DNA of 64,000 bases. Origin: a bacterium (lineage in GTDB: Bacteria; Zhuqueibacterota; Zhuqueibacteria; Oceanimicrobiales; Oceanimicrobiaceae). Made by a program: the position numbers and the translations under genes. The DNA is taken from NCBI GenBank assembly GCA_046758365.1, contig JBHIAC010000001.1, positions 1 to 64,000 of the forward strand. The letters are read 5' to 3'. The notes beneath the pieces are model-generated. The model did not search any database and was not told where the DNA came from. It was given only the letters and a program-made list of their open reading frames with translations. Shown here piece after piece: positions 9,653-20,438 of this stretch. Positions within the stretch are counted from its first letter, which is position 1. Each line of letters opens with the position of its first letter.

Positions 9653-9836
9653 TTAATTGACCCTCATCTCCAAGATGAGAGCCAATTATAATATCAATCT
9701 GATTTGATATTGAATAGGAGTCAGCCTGAATCGAGGTAGTCCTGATGCAAGTCGTAAAATTGATCTTGGTCTCCACATCGGGACTACCTCAAGGCTAATA
9801 AAGATTGGTAAACTAACCTATAAGGAGGTGTACAAA

Positions 9837-10400
9837 ATGAAAGCATTAAAAATATTTTTGGTGTTAGGAATTTTTTTAGTTTCCACATCTTTTGTCAGTA
9901 AAGAATTAATTTCTAAGCCACGCCGTCAACGGCACCAAAAGCCGTTATTTAGACTTGAATTATTTTCCGATGAACTTCAGCTAACTGAGGATCAGCAAAC
10001 AAAAATTAAAGAACTGAGGCTTAAAACTACCAAAGAAGCCATTGAAATGCGCTCCAAAATTAAAATAGCTGAACTTGAATTAAGGCATCTATTACAAAGC
10101 GACAACCCAGAGGAAGGGCAAATTAAAACCAAAATTGAAGAGATTGGTGAACTTAAGACTAATCTGCGCTTCGTCTTAGTTAAAAGCCGATTAGACGTAA
10201 GAAATTCGCTAACGGCTGAACAATTGGAGAAAGTGAAATCTCTTAAGAAAGAATATTTTAAAAAGAGGTTTCGTCGACAAGGAGACTTTCGAGGCAGAAA
10301 ACCTTTACGGCCTTTTGATGGAGATAAAAAAGCTATTGAACCCGGTGGTGATTTTACTCCCAACCGGAATGATCTAGAGGGTGAATTCCTGAGCATTTAA
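9837..10400 (+). CDS. Spy/CpxP/ZraP-like periplasmic chaperone
   Basis: Signal peptide, two LTxxQ motifs (LTEDQ, LTAEQ); SD aaggagg before ATG 9837. Confidence 0.8.
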   Translation: MKALKIFLVLGIFLVSTSFVSKELISKPRRQRHQKPLFRLELFSDELQLTEDQQTKIKELRLKTTKEAIEMRSKIKIAELELRHLLQSDNPEEGQIKTKIEEIGELKTNLRFVLVKSRLDVRNSLTAEQLEKVKSLKKEYFKKRFRRQGDFRGRKPLRPFDGDKKAIEPGGDFTPNRNDLEGEFLSI

Positions 10401-10443
10401 TATAATATTAATAAACTAATCGTTAAACTAAAATGGAGGATAT

Positions 10444-10545
10444 ATGGGAAAACAATATAACAAAATAGAAAAGAAGCGACGCCGCATGAGGAGAATTAAA
10501 AGATTAAAAGAGCAAAGAAAAGAAGCCATGAAAAAAAGTCGATAA
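10444..10545 (+). CDS. Small highly basic protein, 33 aa (not in ORF track)
   Basis: SD ggagga then ATG; MGKQYNKIEKKRRRMRRIKRLKEQRKEAMKKSR. Confidence 0.7.
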   Translation: MGKQYNKIEKKRRRMRRIKRLKEQRKEAMKKSR

Positions 10546-10699
10546 GAATAAAGGTTTTAATTGAATAAAAAAGAAGACCGAATTTTTAAATAGACAAAAA
10601 TGGTGGAATTGGTATCTTATGACCTTAACTGCATACCAGCTATGTTAAGTAAACTTAATCAGGTCTGGTGCCTTGATTTATTCAACAAATTAAACGATC

Positions 10700-12403
10700 A
10701 TGATTTGGGGATTGAAACGAACTTTTAGAATTAATGAAAAATTATTACTTGCACTTTTTTTTGTAGGCTTGAATATTGGGATAGTAATCAATAAAAACGC
10801 CATTGGGCAAGAAAATCTAAATAGCCTAAAAGAGAGCGATTCGGATTCCTTGTTGAAAGATTCCTGGAGCGAAGAGACCTATTATTGGATTGAAAAGCTC
10901 CGACTTGAACGCTGGTTAAAGGATAATTCTCAAGACTTAATAGATTCAGCTCTATTGAAAGAAGTTGTTCGTATTAAAAAAGAAGCGGAAGTATTTGCTT
11001 CTAAAAGTGATTTTACCATGGCAGGGCTTTGGTTGGAAACTATTTGGGATTTAATCCAGCCAGAACCCGATTCTATTACTTCGGAAGATGAAGTTGACAT
11101 TGATTATTTCTCTGATCTTGAAAGTGATTTTTCTATTAACAATTCTAATAAATTCAATTGGTCAAGAGAGTTGGTAACAGGCGTTGATTTATGGAGACAA
11201 GAATTTGTATATGCATTTGTCCAAAGGGACAGCACATTATTAGAAGGAAATGGCAATCCATATACAGGTATACGACTTAATTTTGATTATAGCACAAGTT
11301 ACCAAAACTCCATTCAAGGGTACACCTTTTTTAAATATAGCCGCGATTATATTTTTGGCGAAGCAAATTTTAGGTTAATAAAACCTATAAACAATAACTT
11401 AAATTGGAAATTAGAGAATCGAATAGAAGGCACCTCTTTCAACCACGACTTGGATTTGAAATACATTCAAAATTCCTCCCTTTTAGCATTTAATTTACGG
11501 AATATAGGTGTGTTAGCATTGGAATTTGAAGATGAATTTCTCCTTCGTCGTTATGATAAAGAAAGCAGCACTTATCCTAATTATTTTAATAATACCTTTA
11601 AAGGACTTGCGAAATTGGCGACAAGTATTAGCTCTATTATTGGAGCAGGTTACCGCAATACTCAACGATTTCATCCTAATTTTATTGAGAACGATTATCA
11701 AGAAAATCGTTTCGACATTACCCTTTTTCAAACAATAGAAAATAGCTCGAGCCTTTCTTTAGAAAATCAACTACGCTTACGAAACTACACTAACATACCA
11801 GCCGATACCTCTTTTCAATTTGATTATTGGGAAGAGTATTTCAGTGGTAACCTCCGGCTTTCCTTCAGCTCTACTTTTGGGACGGAATTTCAGGGGTCCA
11901 TCACTAAACGTAATTATCAGTTAGAGAGTGCAACAACCCCTGATTATTTACTTTGGGAAGTGGAACCAGAAATCTATTTTGACCTTGGTTCAGAATGGCG
12001 AATAAGTGCAGGATTTTTTTATAGTAGACAGACCCACGAGAAATTGTTCAATCACTTAGCCGCTGTAACTACCAATGCTGATCTGAGTATCCCTTTTGAG
12101 GATTTTTACACTTATGGACCAACCTTTACTATTGAGTTTTTTAGAATCGATGGGTTATTATTCAGCGTGCGAGAGTCCTTTTTCATGGAACGATACCCGA
12201 ACTTTTCAACCAGAGATATTCAAAGATTTAACCTTTATTCAAACCGAAATATCAATTCCATTTTTTTCTTCTTAACCTGGAATATCTCCCCCAGTTGGAA
12301 CTTAGGTGTTTTAGCCAATATGGATGACGACCGCAGTCAAAAAGATACTAGTGGTGATTCTCAAAATACCATTGTTGGCATTGAATTTAATTATTCCTTT
12401 TGA
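10700..12403 (+). CDS. Hypothetical outer-membrane beta-barrel protein
   Basis: Alternating amphipathic strands, C-terminal GIEFNYSF beta-signal; start uncertain. Confidence 0.65.
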   Translation: MIWGLKRTFRINEKLLLALFFVGLNIGIVINKNAIGQENLNSLKESDSDSLLKDSWSEETYYWIEKLRLERWLKDNSQDLIDSALLKEVVRIKKEAEVFASKSDFTMAGLWLETIWDLIQPEPDSITSEDEVDIDYFSDLESDFSINNSNKFNWSRELVTGVDLWRQEFVYAFVQRDSTLLEGNGNPYTGIRLNFDYSTSYQNSIQGYTFFKYSRDYIFGEANFRLIKPINNNLNWKLENRIEGTSFNHDLDLKYIQNSSLLAFNLRNIGVLALEFEDEFLLRRYDKESSTYPNYFNNTFKGLAKLATSISSIIGAGYRNTQRFHPNFIENDYQENRFDITLFQTIENSSSLSLENQLRLRNYTNIPADTSFQFDYWEEYFSGNLRLSFSSTFGTEFQGSITKRNYQLESATTPDYLLWEVEPEIYFDLGSEWRISAGFFYSRQTHEKLFNHLAAVTTNADLSIPFEDFYTYGPTFTIEFFRIDGLLFSVRESFFMERYPNFSTRDIQRFNLYSNRNINSIFFFLTWNISPSWNLGVLANMDDDRSQKDTSGDSQNTIVGIEFNYSF

Positions 12404-12471
12404 ACAATTAATCGTTAGTTAAGATAAAATTATTAGCCCCTAAATTACAATTGACTCTTTCCTCCTCCCTC

Positions 12472-12508
12472 AAAAAGCTGATGTAGCAAACATCAGCCTT
12501 TTTGTTTT
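12472..12508 (+). terminator. Rho-independent terminator
   Basis: GCTGATGT/ACATCAGC stem followed by T-rich tail. Confidence 0.75.
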
Positions 12509-12530
12509 ACATAGTACAATTTAAAATAGC

Positions 12531-12559
12531 TTGACATTTTGTTCAATATTTAATACAAT
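12531..12559 (+). promoter_or_regulatory. Sigma-70 promoter for serB
   Basis: TTGACA-N17-TACAAT. Confidence 0.75.
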
Positions 12560-12606
12560 TATACTTGAAAAATTACTACCAAAAGCTAATTTGATATGCA
12601 TTTCTC

Positions 12607-13806
12607 ATGAAAAATAAGAAATATATTGTACTCAATACATTTGGTAAAAATCAACCCTATCTAATCGCTGACATTTGCAGCACAGTTACCGATTCAAAAT
12701 TAAACATAGTGGCGGTGGAGCAGAATGCTGTACACAGTCTTTTTATGATGTTCATGGTAACTGAACCTGTGAATATAAATGACTCACCAGAGGAGGCATA
12801 CCAAAGATTAAAAGAGAACTCTAAGGATCTACCTTTAGAAGTTAATATAGATTTAGTCGAGGCTACTACCCCATTTAAAGCTGTAGATAAAAATTTGCAA
12901 GTTTTTACTATAATTGGGAAAGATAAAGTTGGTATATTAAAAGCCATCACAAATACTTTGGCTAATTTTCGAGTGAATATCGAACGGATGCATCATTTAG
13001 CTCGAGGAGAATTAGTGGCTTTGGAAATGATGGTGGATGCCTCTGAGTTGAGAGACCTTTCTATTTTAAAGCAAGTCATTCAACAAACTTGTGATGAGGT
13101 TGGGTTCGATACTATTATACAACCCGATACCCCTTACCGTCAGCGGCGACGGCTGGTAGTGTTTGACATGGACAGTACAATAATTGAAGGAGAAGTAATT
13201 AATGAATTAGCCAAAGCCGCCAACGTCGGTGATAAAGTATCTGAAATTACCCACAGGGCCATGGCAGGAGAGCTAGATTATAGAGAAGCTTTGCGCGAAA
13301 GAGTTCAGTTGTTAAAAGGGTTGCCTGTATCCGTGTTGGAAGAAGTCGCAAAAGGGGTGCAGCTCACCTCAGGCACTTATGAATTGATATCAACTTTGAA
13401 GGCTATGGGTTTTAAAATAGCACTCATTTCAGGAGGGTTTAAATTTTTTGCAGATCGATTAAAAGAACATCTTGGATTTGATTATACTTATGCAAATGAT
13501 TTAGAGATAAAAAATGACGTGCTCACTGGGAAAGTAAAAGGGAGAATTATTGACAGAGAGGCCAAAGGTAAAATTGTACAAGAAATTGCTGCCCGTGAAG
13601 GCTTATCTCGGGAAGAAATTGTAGCGGTTGGCGATGGCGCAAACGATGAAATAATGTTAAAAAATGCCGGTTTAGGAATTGCATTTAATGCCAGTGAATT
13701 GTTACAAAAAGTGGCCGATGGGCGTATCACCAACTCAAACCTCCTTGGTTTACTTTATTGTTTAGGGGCAACAGAGCGAGCGTTAGTGAATTTAAGCAAA
13801 AGCTAA
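12607..13806 (+). CDS. serB: Phosphoserine phosphatase with two ACT domains
   Basis: ACT domains, HAD motifs FDMDST, ISGGF, GDGAND. Confidence 0.93.
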   Translation: MKNKKYIVLNTFGKNQPYLIADICSTVTDSKLNIVAVEQNAVHSLFMMFMVTEPVNINDSPEEAYQRLKENSKDLPLEVNIDLVEATTPFKAVDKNLQVFTIIGKDKVGILKAITNTLANFRVNIERMHHLARGELVALEMMVDASELRDLSILKQVIQQTCDEVGFDTIIQPDTPYRQRRRLVVFDMDSTIIEGEVINELAKAANVGDKVSEITHRAMAGELDYREALRERVQLLKGLPVSVLEEVAKGVQLTSGTYELISTLKAMGFKIALISGGFKFFADRLKEHLGFDYTYANDLEIKNDVLTGKVKGRIIDREAKGKIVQEIAAREGLSREEIVAVGDGANDEIMLKNAGLGIAFNASELLQKVADGRITNSNLLGLLYCLGATERALVNLSKS

Positions 13807-13904
13807 AGGCGTAGCCGAAAACTCGACGATTAAGAAAAAATCGAACTGAATAATAATGACTTAACTACCTTGAATATTAAAAATATAGGTTTTCGGGTCC
13901 GCCT
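13807..13904. mobile_element. MITE-like element, family B copy 1
   Basis: Imperfect TIRs AGGCGTAGCCGAAAAC / GTTTTCGGGTCCGCCT; internally homologous to 20251-20349. Confidence 0.75.
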
Positions 13905-13949
13905 GTAGTTAGTGATACGCAGTGCATACAAATAATTTAAATACTCCGT

Positions 13950-15371
13950 ATGAATAGTAATAAACAAAAAATATTATCTAAAATACCTCAAATAGATCAA
14001 ATCCTAAATCATCCTCAACTTCAGCCTTTTATTGATAAATTTTCTCACGATTTTATTCTATGCTGTGTTCAGCACGAAACAAGGAGACTTAGAGAACGAC
14101 TGCTGAGTGAGTCAATTTCAAATGGTTTGTCGCGACCGGGGATATTGGATGAGATTGTAGAAAAAAGTGTAGAATATATAAATCAGAAACTACAACCGAG
14201 CTTGAAAAAGGCTATAAATGCCACTGGGATTATTTTACACACTGGGTTGGGCCGAGCCCCTTTGATGGAAGAAGCTCGAGATAATTTAATGCAAATTACA
14301 GAAGGTTATTGCACCTTAGAGATTGATTTAGAAAGTGGAAAACGTGGGGAAAGAATTGAACATATAGAAAAACTACTAGGTAATCTTACTGGCGCAGAAG
14401 CAGCCTGTGTGGTGAATAATAATGCTGCGGCGGTACTTTTGACATTAAATACCCTTTGTTTTGGAAAAGAAGCCATTATATCTCGAGGACAACTAATTGA
14501 AATTGGAGGTTCTTTTCGCATACCCGAAGTTATAGAAAAAAGTGGGACTAAAATGATAGAGGTGGGTACCACCAATAAGACCCATCTTCATGATTATGAA
14601 AGAGTCATCTCAGAAAACACACGTTTGCTTTTTGCCGTTCATCCCTCCAACTATCGTGTGAAAGGATTTACTAAGGAAGTTAAAATAAACGACTTAGTCG
14701 ACTTGGGTAAAAAATACAATTTAGCTGTGGCGCAAGATTTAGGGGGAGGTGTACTAGTTGATTTACGAAAGTATAAACTACCTTATGAACCTGTAGTACG
14801 AGATAGTATTGAAGCAGGAGTTGATGTGGTCACTTTTAGCGGGGACAAAGTTCTGGGGGGACCACAATCAGGAATCATTGTAGGTAGAAAGAAATATTTA
14901 GATGCTATTAAGTCAAACCCTTTAATGCGAGCACTGCGTTGTGGTAAATTAACTTATGCCATCCTGGAACCAACCCTTAAACTGTATCTTCGTGAAAAAG
15001 AATTTATTAAACATAATCGTGTGCTTAATATGTTGCTTGAACCATTAGATAGTCTAGAAAAAAGGGTTGAGAAAATAAAGAAAAAAATAACAGATGACAT
15101 CAAATCAAATTGTGAAATTAATTTTGAAGATACAACCGTTCAAATAGGTAGTGGCGCATTGCCTTTAGAAGAATTGCCGAGTATAGCAATTACCTTACGA
15201 ATGGCAAATGTTCCAACTGAGATTTTAGCGAAAAAATTTCGATTGCATGAACCGCCGATTTTTGGTTATATTCGTGAAAATCGATTATTTTTTGATATTC
15301 GAACTGTTTTCAAAAAGGATGAAAAACTATTAATTAGTGCCATGCAAAAAATAATAGGGAACAACTGTTAA
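13950..15371 (+). CDS. selA: L-seryl-tRNA(Sec) selenium transferase
   Basis: INATGIILHTGLGRAP, VNNNAAA, EIGGSFR, FSGDKVLGGPQ (PLP lysine). Confidence 0.95.
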   Translation: MNSNKQKILSKIPQIDQILNHPQLQPFIDKFSHDFILCCVQHETRRLRERLLSESISNGLSRPGILDEIVEKSVEYINQKLQPSLKKAINATGIILHTGLGRAPLMEEARDNLMQITEGYCTLEIDLESGKRGERIEHIEKLLGNLTGAEAACVVNNNAAAVLLTLNTLCFGKEAIISRGQLIEIGGSFRIPEVIEKSGTKMIEVGTTNKTHLHDYERVISENTRLLFAVHPSNYRVKGFTKEVKINDLVDLGKKYNLAVAQDLGGGVLVDLRKYKLPYEPVVRDSIEAGVDVVTFSGDKVLGGPQSGIIVGRKKYLDAIKSNPLMRALRCGKLTYAILEPTLKLYLREKEFIKHNRVLNMLLEPLDSLEKRVEKIKKKITDDIKSNCEINFEDTTVQIGSGALPLEELPSIAITLRMANVPTEILAKKFRLHEPPIFGYIRENRLFFDIRTVFKKDEKLLISAMQKIIGNNC

Positions 15372-15392
15372 TAAATTGTATTAAAATTTTAC

Positions 15393-15420
15393 TTGACATT
15401 TTATGAAAAATTTATATATT
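15393..15420 (+). promoter_or_regulatory. Sigma-70 promoter for groESL
   Basis: TTGACA-N16-TATATT upstream of CIRCE. Confidence 0.65.
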
Positions 15421-15431
15421 TTGATTAAAGT

Positions 15432-15458
15432 TTAGCACTCTTTAAAGGTGAGTGCTAA
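15432..15458 (+). promoter_or_regulatory. CIRCE element (HrcA operator)
   Basis: Perfect TTAGCACTC-N9-GAGTGCTAA upstream of groES. Confidence 0.97.
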
Positions 15459-15487
15459 CAAATAACCAAAACAAAGGAGGTGAAAAT

Positions 15488-15772
15488 ATGAATATCAAAC
15501 CTTTGGCTGATCGAGTGGTAGTAAAACCTATCGATCTTGAAGAGCAAAAGCAAGGCGGAATTATAATTCCAGATACTGCCAAAGAGAAGCCTCAAGAAGG
15601 TGAAATTGTTGCAGTTGGTCCTGGAAAAGTCAACGAGGCGGGCAACAAAGTTGCTATGGAAGTCAAAAAAGGAGATAAGGTGCTTTATGGAAAATATTCT
15701 GGGACTGAAGTTACTATAGATGGTGAAGATTATCTCATCATGCGGGAAAGTGATATCTTAGCAATCGTTTAA
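15488..15772 (+). CDS. groES: Co-chaperonin GroES
   Basis: [28 protein letters not shown] aaggaggtg; start at 15488 rather than 15452. Confidence 0.98.
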   Translation: MNIKPLADRVVVKPIDLEEQKQGGIIIPDTAKEKPQEGEIVAVGPGKVNEAGNKVAMEVKKGDKVLYGKYSGTEVTIDGEDYLIMRESDILAIV

Positions 15773-15796
15773 TAGGTTTAAAAAAAATTAAAGTAA

Positions 15797-17440
<1,644 letters not shown>

Positions 17441-17468
17441 TAATTCACCAGCTTTTAATTCAGATTCT

Positions 17469-17503
17469 AAAGGCCGTTTGTCGAAAGACAGGCGGCCTTT
17501 TTT
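17469..17503 (+). terminator. Rho-independent terminator after groEL
   Basis: GGCCGTTTGTC-GAAA-GACAGGCGGCC followed by T run. Confidence 0.9.
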
Positions 17504-17506
17504 ATC

Positions 17507-17535
17507 TTGACAAAGATTTATATTTTTAATATATT
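17507..17535 (+). promoter_or_regulatory. Sigma-70 promoter for folB operon
   Basis: TTGACA-N17-TATATT. Confidence 0.7.
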
Positions 17536-17617
17536 CGTCTGTTTATGAAAATTAAAGAGGTGTGCGGGGTTTTATATTTAAAAGGCGTACTTATTCGCCT
17601 TTTTATTTTAGGGAGTA

Positions 17618-17983
17618 ATGGTGCCCTCTGATATCCTAAAACTCAAAAATATGACTTTTCATGCTTATCATGGCGTTTGGGATGAAGAACGGGAAATTGG
17701 TCAGCGATTTGAAGTCGATGTTGAATTGAAAGTAGATGCTCGTGCAGCCGCCCAATCAGATAGATTGAAAGATACCGTAGATTTATATGCTGTTTTTGAA
17801 GTCGTGGAAAGTGAAGTGTTAAATGCCAAATATTTGCTTTTAGAAACTATGGCAGAAAAAGTGGCCCAAACTATTCTTCAAAAATTTAACGTGGAAGAAG
17901 TTTTAATCCGGGTTCGTAAACCTCATGCTCCCATTCGGGGTATTCAAGATGGTATTGAGGTCGAAATTGTCAGAAGTGGTTGA
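17618..17983 (+). CDS. folB: Dihydroneopterin aldolase
   Basis: FHAYHGV..EER.IGQRF.VD, LLE..AE, RKPHAP. Confidence 0.93.
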   Translation: MVPSDILKLKNMTFHAYHGVWDEEREIGQRFEVDVELKVDARAAAQSDRLKDTVDLYAVFEVVESEVLNAKYLLLETMAEKVAQTILQKFNVEEVLIRVRKPHAPIRGIQDGIEVEIVRSG

Positions 17984-18513
17984 AAAGTAAATTGAAGATA
18001 AATAAACAAATTTTTCTTGGACTTGGCTCAAATATTGGGAATTGCTTAGACAATTTAAAGGAGGCATTAACCAGAATTGCTTTATTACCCGATATAAAGA
18101 TTGAAAATTATTCGTCTGTTTATGAAACCGCACCCGTGGGCTATTTAGAGCAAGATAATTTTCTCAATATGGTTGCTGAAATTTCAACGGTTTTGTCCCC
18201 TGAACTTTTTTTGGAGAAAATTCAAAAGATCGAGAGTGATTTAGGTCGTATTCGAAAATTTAAGTGGGGCCCACGAGTTATCGATATTGACATTCTATTT
18301 TGGGGCGCGGATTTTTTAAAAACTGATACTTTACAAATTCCCCATTCCGAAATTGAAAAGCGCAGGTTTGTTTTAATACCCCTAAATGAAATCGCTCCTA
18401 AATTTAAAACCCCTCATCAGCTTCAAGAAATTGGCGAGCTTCTGAAAAACGTTCAGGATAATAGTTGGGTTGAATTGTTTCTGTCAAAAGAAAAATTTGA
18501 ATTCAATCAATAA
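17980..18513 (+). CDS. folK: 6-hydroxymethyl-7,8-dihydropterin pyrophosphokinase
   Basis: LGLGSNIG, SSVYET.P, WGPRVIDIDIL, RRFVLIPL. Confidence 0.95.
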   Translation: MKSKLKINKQIFLGLGSNIGNCLDNLKEALTRIALLPDIKIENYSSVYETAPVGYLEQDNFLNMVAEISTVLSPELFLEKIQKIESDLGRIRKFKWGPRVIDIDILFWGADFLKTDTLQIPHSEIEKRRFVLIPLNEIAPKFKTPHQLQEIGELLKNVQDNSWVELFLSKEKFEFNQ

Positions 18514-18525
18514 TCGAGGTTCTTT

Positions 18526-19158
18526 TTGCGTCTTCAATATTTTGCCATCGAAGGGGTGATTGGAGTAGGAAAGACTAATTTAGCTAACTTGTTGGTAGAT
18601 CACTTTGGTGGTAAAGTTTTGTTGGAAAAACATGAAGAAAATCCTTTTCTCAAGGATTTTTACCGAGAACCACGGCAATTTGCATTTCCAACTCAACTTT
18701 TTTTCCTCTTAAGTCGTTATCGCCAGCAACATGAAATTCCTCAAAGGGATCTTTTTCATGATATGCTGGTGGCCAATTATATTTTTGCTAAGGATCGAAT
18801 TTTTGCTTCAATTAATTTAGAAGACAGAGAACTTTTTCTGTATAATAAAATAGCTTCCATGTTGGAGCAGGACATCCCTCGGCCTGATTTAGTTCTTTAT
18901 CTGCAGTCAAGTACTGAACGCTTAATGTCAAATATTAAAAAACGAAACCGGCCATATGAGAAAAATATAACTGAAGAATATATTCGAGCCCTAAATGAAG
19001 CATACAATCGATTCTTTTTTAATTATAAGGAGACTCCTTTGTTGATTATAAACACAACAGACTTAGATTTCGTTAATAATAAAGAAGATTTTGAGGATCT
19101 AATTAATCAAATCCTGAGACCAATCTCAGGAACTCAATATTATTCACCTAGAAAATAG
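18526..19158 (+). CDS. Deoxynucleoside kinase
   Basis: IEGVIGVGKT P-loop, ENPFL.DFY, R.R.YE; usual folK neighbour. Confidence 0.9.
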   Translation: MRLQYFAIEGVIGVGKTNLANLLVDHFGGKVLLEKHEENPFLKDFYREPRQFAFPTQLFFLLSRYRQQHEIPQRDLFHDMLVANYIFAKDRIFASINLEDRELFLYNKIASMLEQDIPRPDLVLYLQSSTERLMSNIKKRNRPYEKNITEEYIRALNEAYNRFFFNYKETPLLIINTTDLDFVNNKEDFEDLINQILRPISGTQYYSPRK

Positions 19159-19168
19159 GTAAATTGTC

Positions 19169-19360
19169 ATGTTTTTGTTTAGATTACTTCTCTATGGGCT
19201 TTTATTTTATTTTGCATATAAAATTGTAAGTTACCTTTTTAGTGGCGGCGAGAAGAAGATTGATGTAAAGGGTAGTAGAAAAGGCCATCCGCCTTTAGAT
19301 CTTCATAATGAGGACGTAGAGGATGCTAATTTTGAAGAATTGAATAACACTCCAGAATGA
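19169..19360 (+). CDS. Small single-pass membrane protein
   Basis: N-terminal hydrophobic helix, C-terminal EDANFEE motif. Confidence 0.7.
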   Translation: MFLFRLLLYGLLFYFAYKIVSYLFSGGEKKIDVKGSRKGHPPLDLHNEDVEDANFEELNNTPE

Positions 19361-19465
19361 AAATAATGTTACGAATTTTAACTTATCTTCGAGATTGCTG
19401 GCTTCCCCTTTTGAAATCAACTTTCTATTTTATCATAATCACTTGGCTCAAATGCAGTATTTAGT

Positions 19466-19987
19466 ATGAAGAGTTTAATGGGTGTTTTAACATTTTTTTT
19501 GATATTCCATAATGGATGGAACCAGGCTAAATGTACTGAACCTGTTTTTCAGAAAAAATCATTTGCAAAAACACTTGAAGATTCGACGCAAATGACTAAA
19601 TTAAGAAAAAAGTCCCCAACTGGGGCACTATTAAGATCTCTGGTCTTTCCAGGATTGGGGCAATGGTATAATGAACAAAAAATTAAAGCTGCGATTGCAT
19701 TTTCAGCCGAAAGTTTTTTAGTAGGATTGGCCGTCTATTTTAACAATAAAGCTAAACAGAGTGAGCCTGGTTCTACAGAACGAAATTTCTATAAAGATCG
19801 ACGAAATTTAACCTTTTGGGTACTCGGTGGCGTTACACTATTCAGTATGATTGATGCTTATGTAGATGCCTATTTATATGATTTTGATACAGGACCCGAA
19901 TTAGCCCTGCGCCTTGGCACGCTACCCACTTCAACCTCTATGGAGAGACCATTCGGGTTAGGATTGTCCTTAAGAGCAAAATTTTAA
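19466..19987 (+). CDS. DUF5683-like membrane/exported protein
   Basis: KSPTGALLRSLVFPGLGQWYN and IDAYVDA.L.DFD motifs. Confidence 0.75.
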   Translation: MKSLMGVLTFFLIFHNGWNQAKCTEPVFQKKSFAKTLEDSTQMTKLRKKSPTGALLRSLVFPGLGQWYNEQKIKAAIAFSAESFLVGLAVYFNNKAKQSEPGSTERNFYKDRRNLTFWVLGGVTLFSMIDAYVDAYLYDFDTGPELALRLGTLPTSTSMERPFGLGLSLRAKF

Positions 19988-19995
19988 ATCTGTAG

Positions 19996-20378
19996 GATGA
20001 GTATGCTGCAAAAAAATCAAAATCTTCACATCGTTACCTGAAATAAGGAAATTTAGAACCGCAAAAGATGAAGTAGAATTAAAGGCTGAATATGACGTAA
20101 GGTTAGATTTTTACTTAACGACGATAGGTTTTCTGATGAATTTATGGTCATAGCAGGATTATCCGACAAAGTGATCATTGACGCTAAGACCCTGCAATCC
20201 TGGCGGATGAAACTTGATTTTGAACATGATGAAATATTATATGATCCGAGAGGCGTAGTCTAAAAGTCGCTTTTTAGAAATTAATCGAACAGAAAAACAA
20301 TGATTTAACTGCTGTGAATTGCAAAAAATTAGGGTTTTCGACCACGCCTCGAGCGTGACAAAGTTAAGGATAGGATAG
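19996..20378 (+). pseudogene. Remnant of retropepsin-like aspartyl protease gene (5'-truncated, frameshifted, MITE-interrupted)
   Basis: Fragments LPEIRKFRTAKDE..VRLDFYL / RFSDEFMVIAGLSDKVII..TLQSWRMKLDFEHDEILYDP / SVTKLRIG*; family assignment from recall, unverified. Confidence 0.6.
20251..20349. mobile_element. MITE-like element, family B copy 2
   Basis: TIRs AGGCGTAGTCTAAAA / TTTTCGACCACGCCT flanked by CGAG direct repeat. Confidence 0.8.
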
Positions 20379-20438
20379 AAACTAATAAAGTGAATTCTTT
20401 TTTGGAAAGGTCTTAAACGCTGGAAGGGAGGAAAAATA

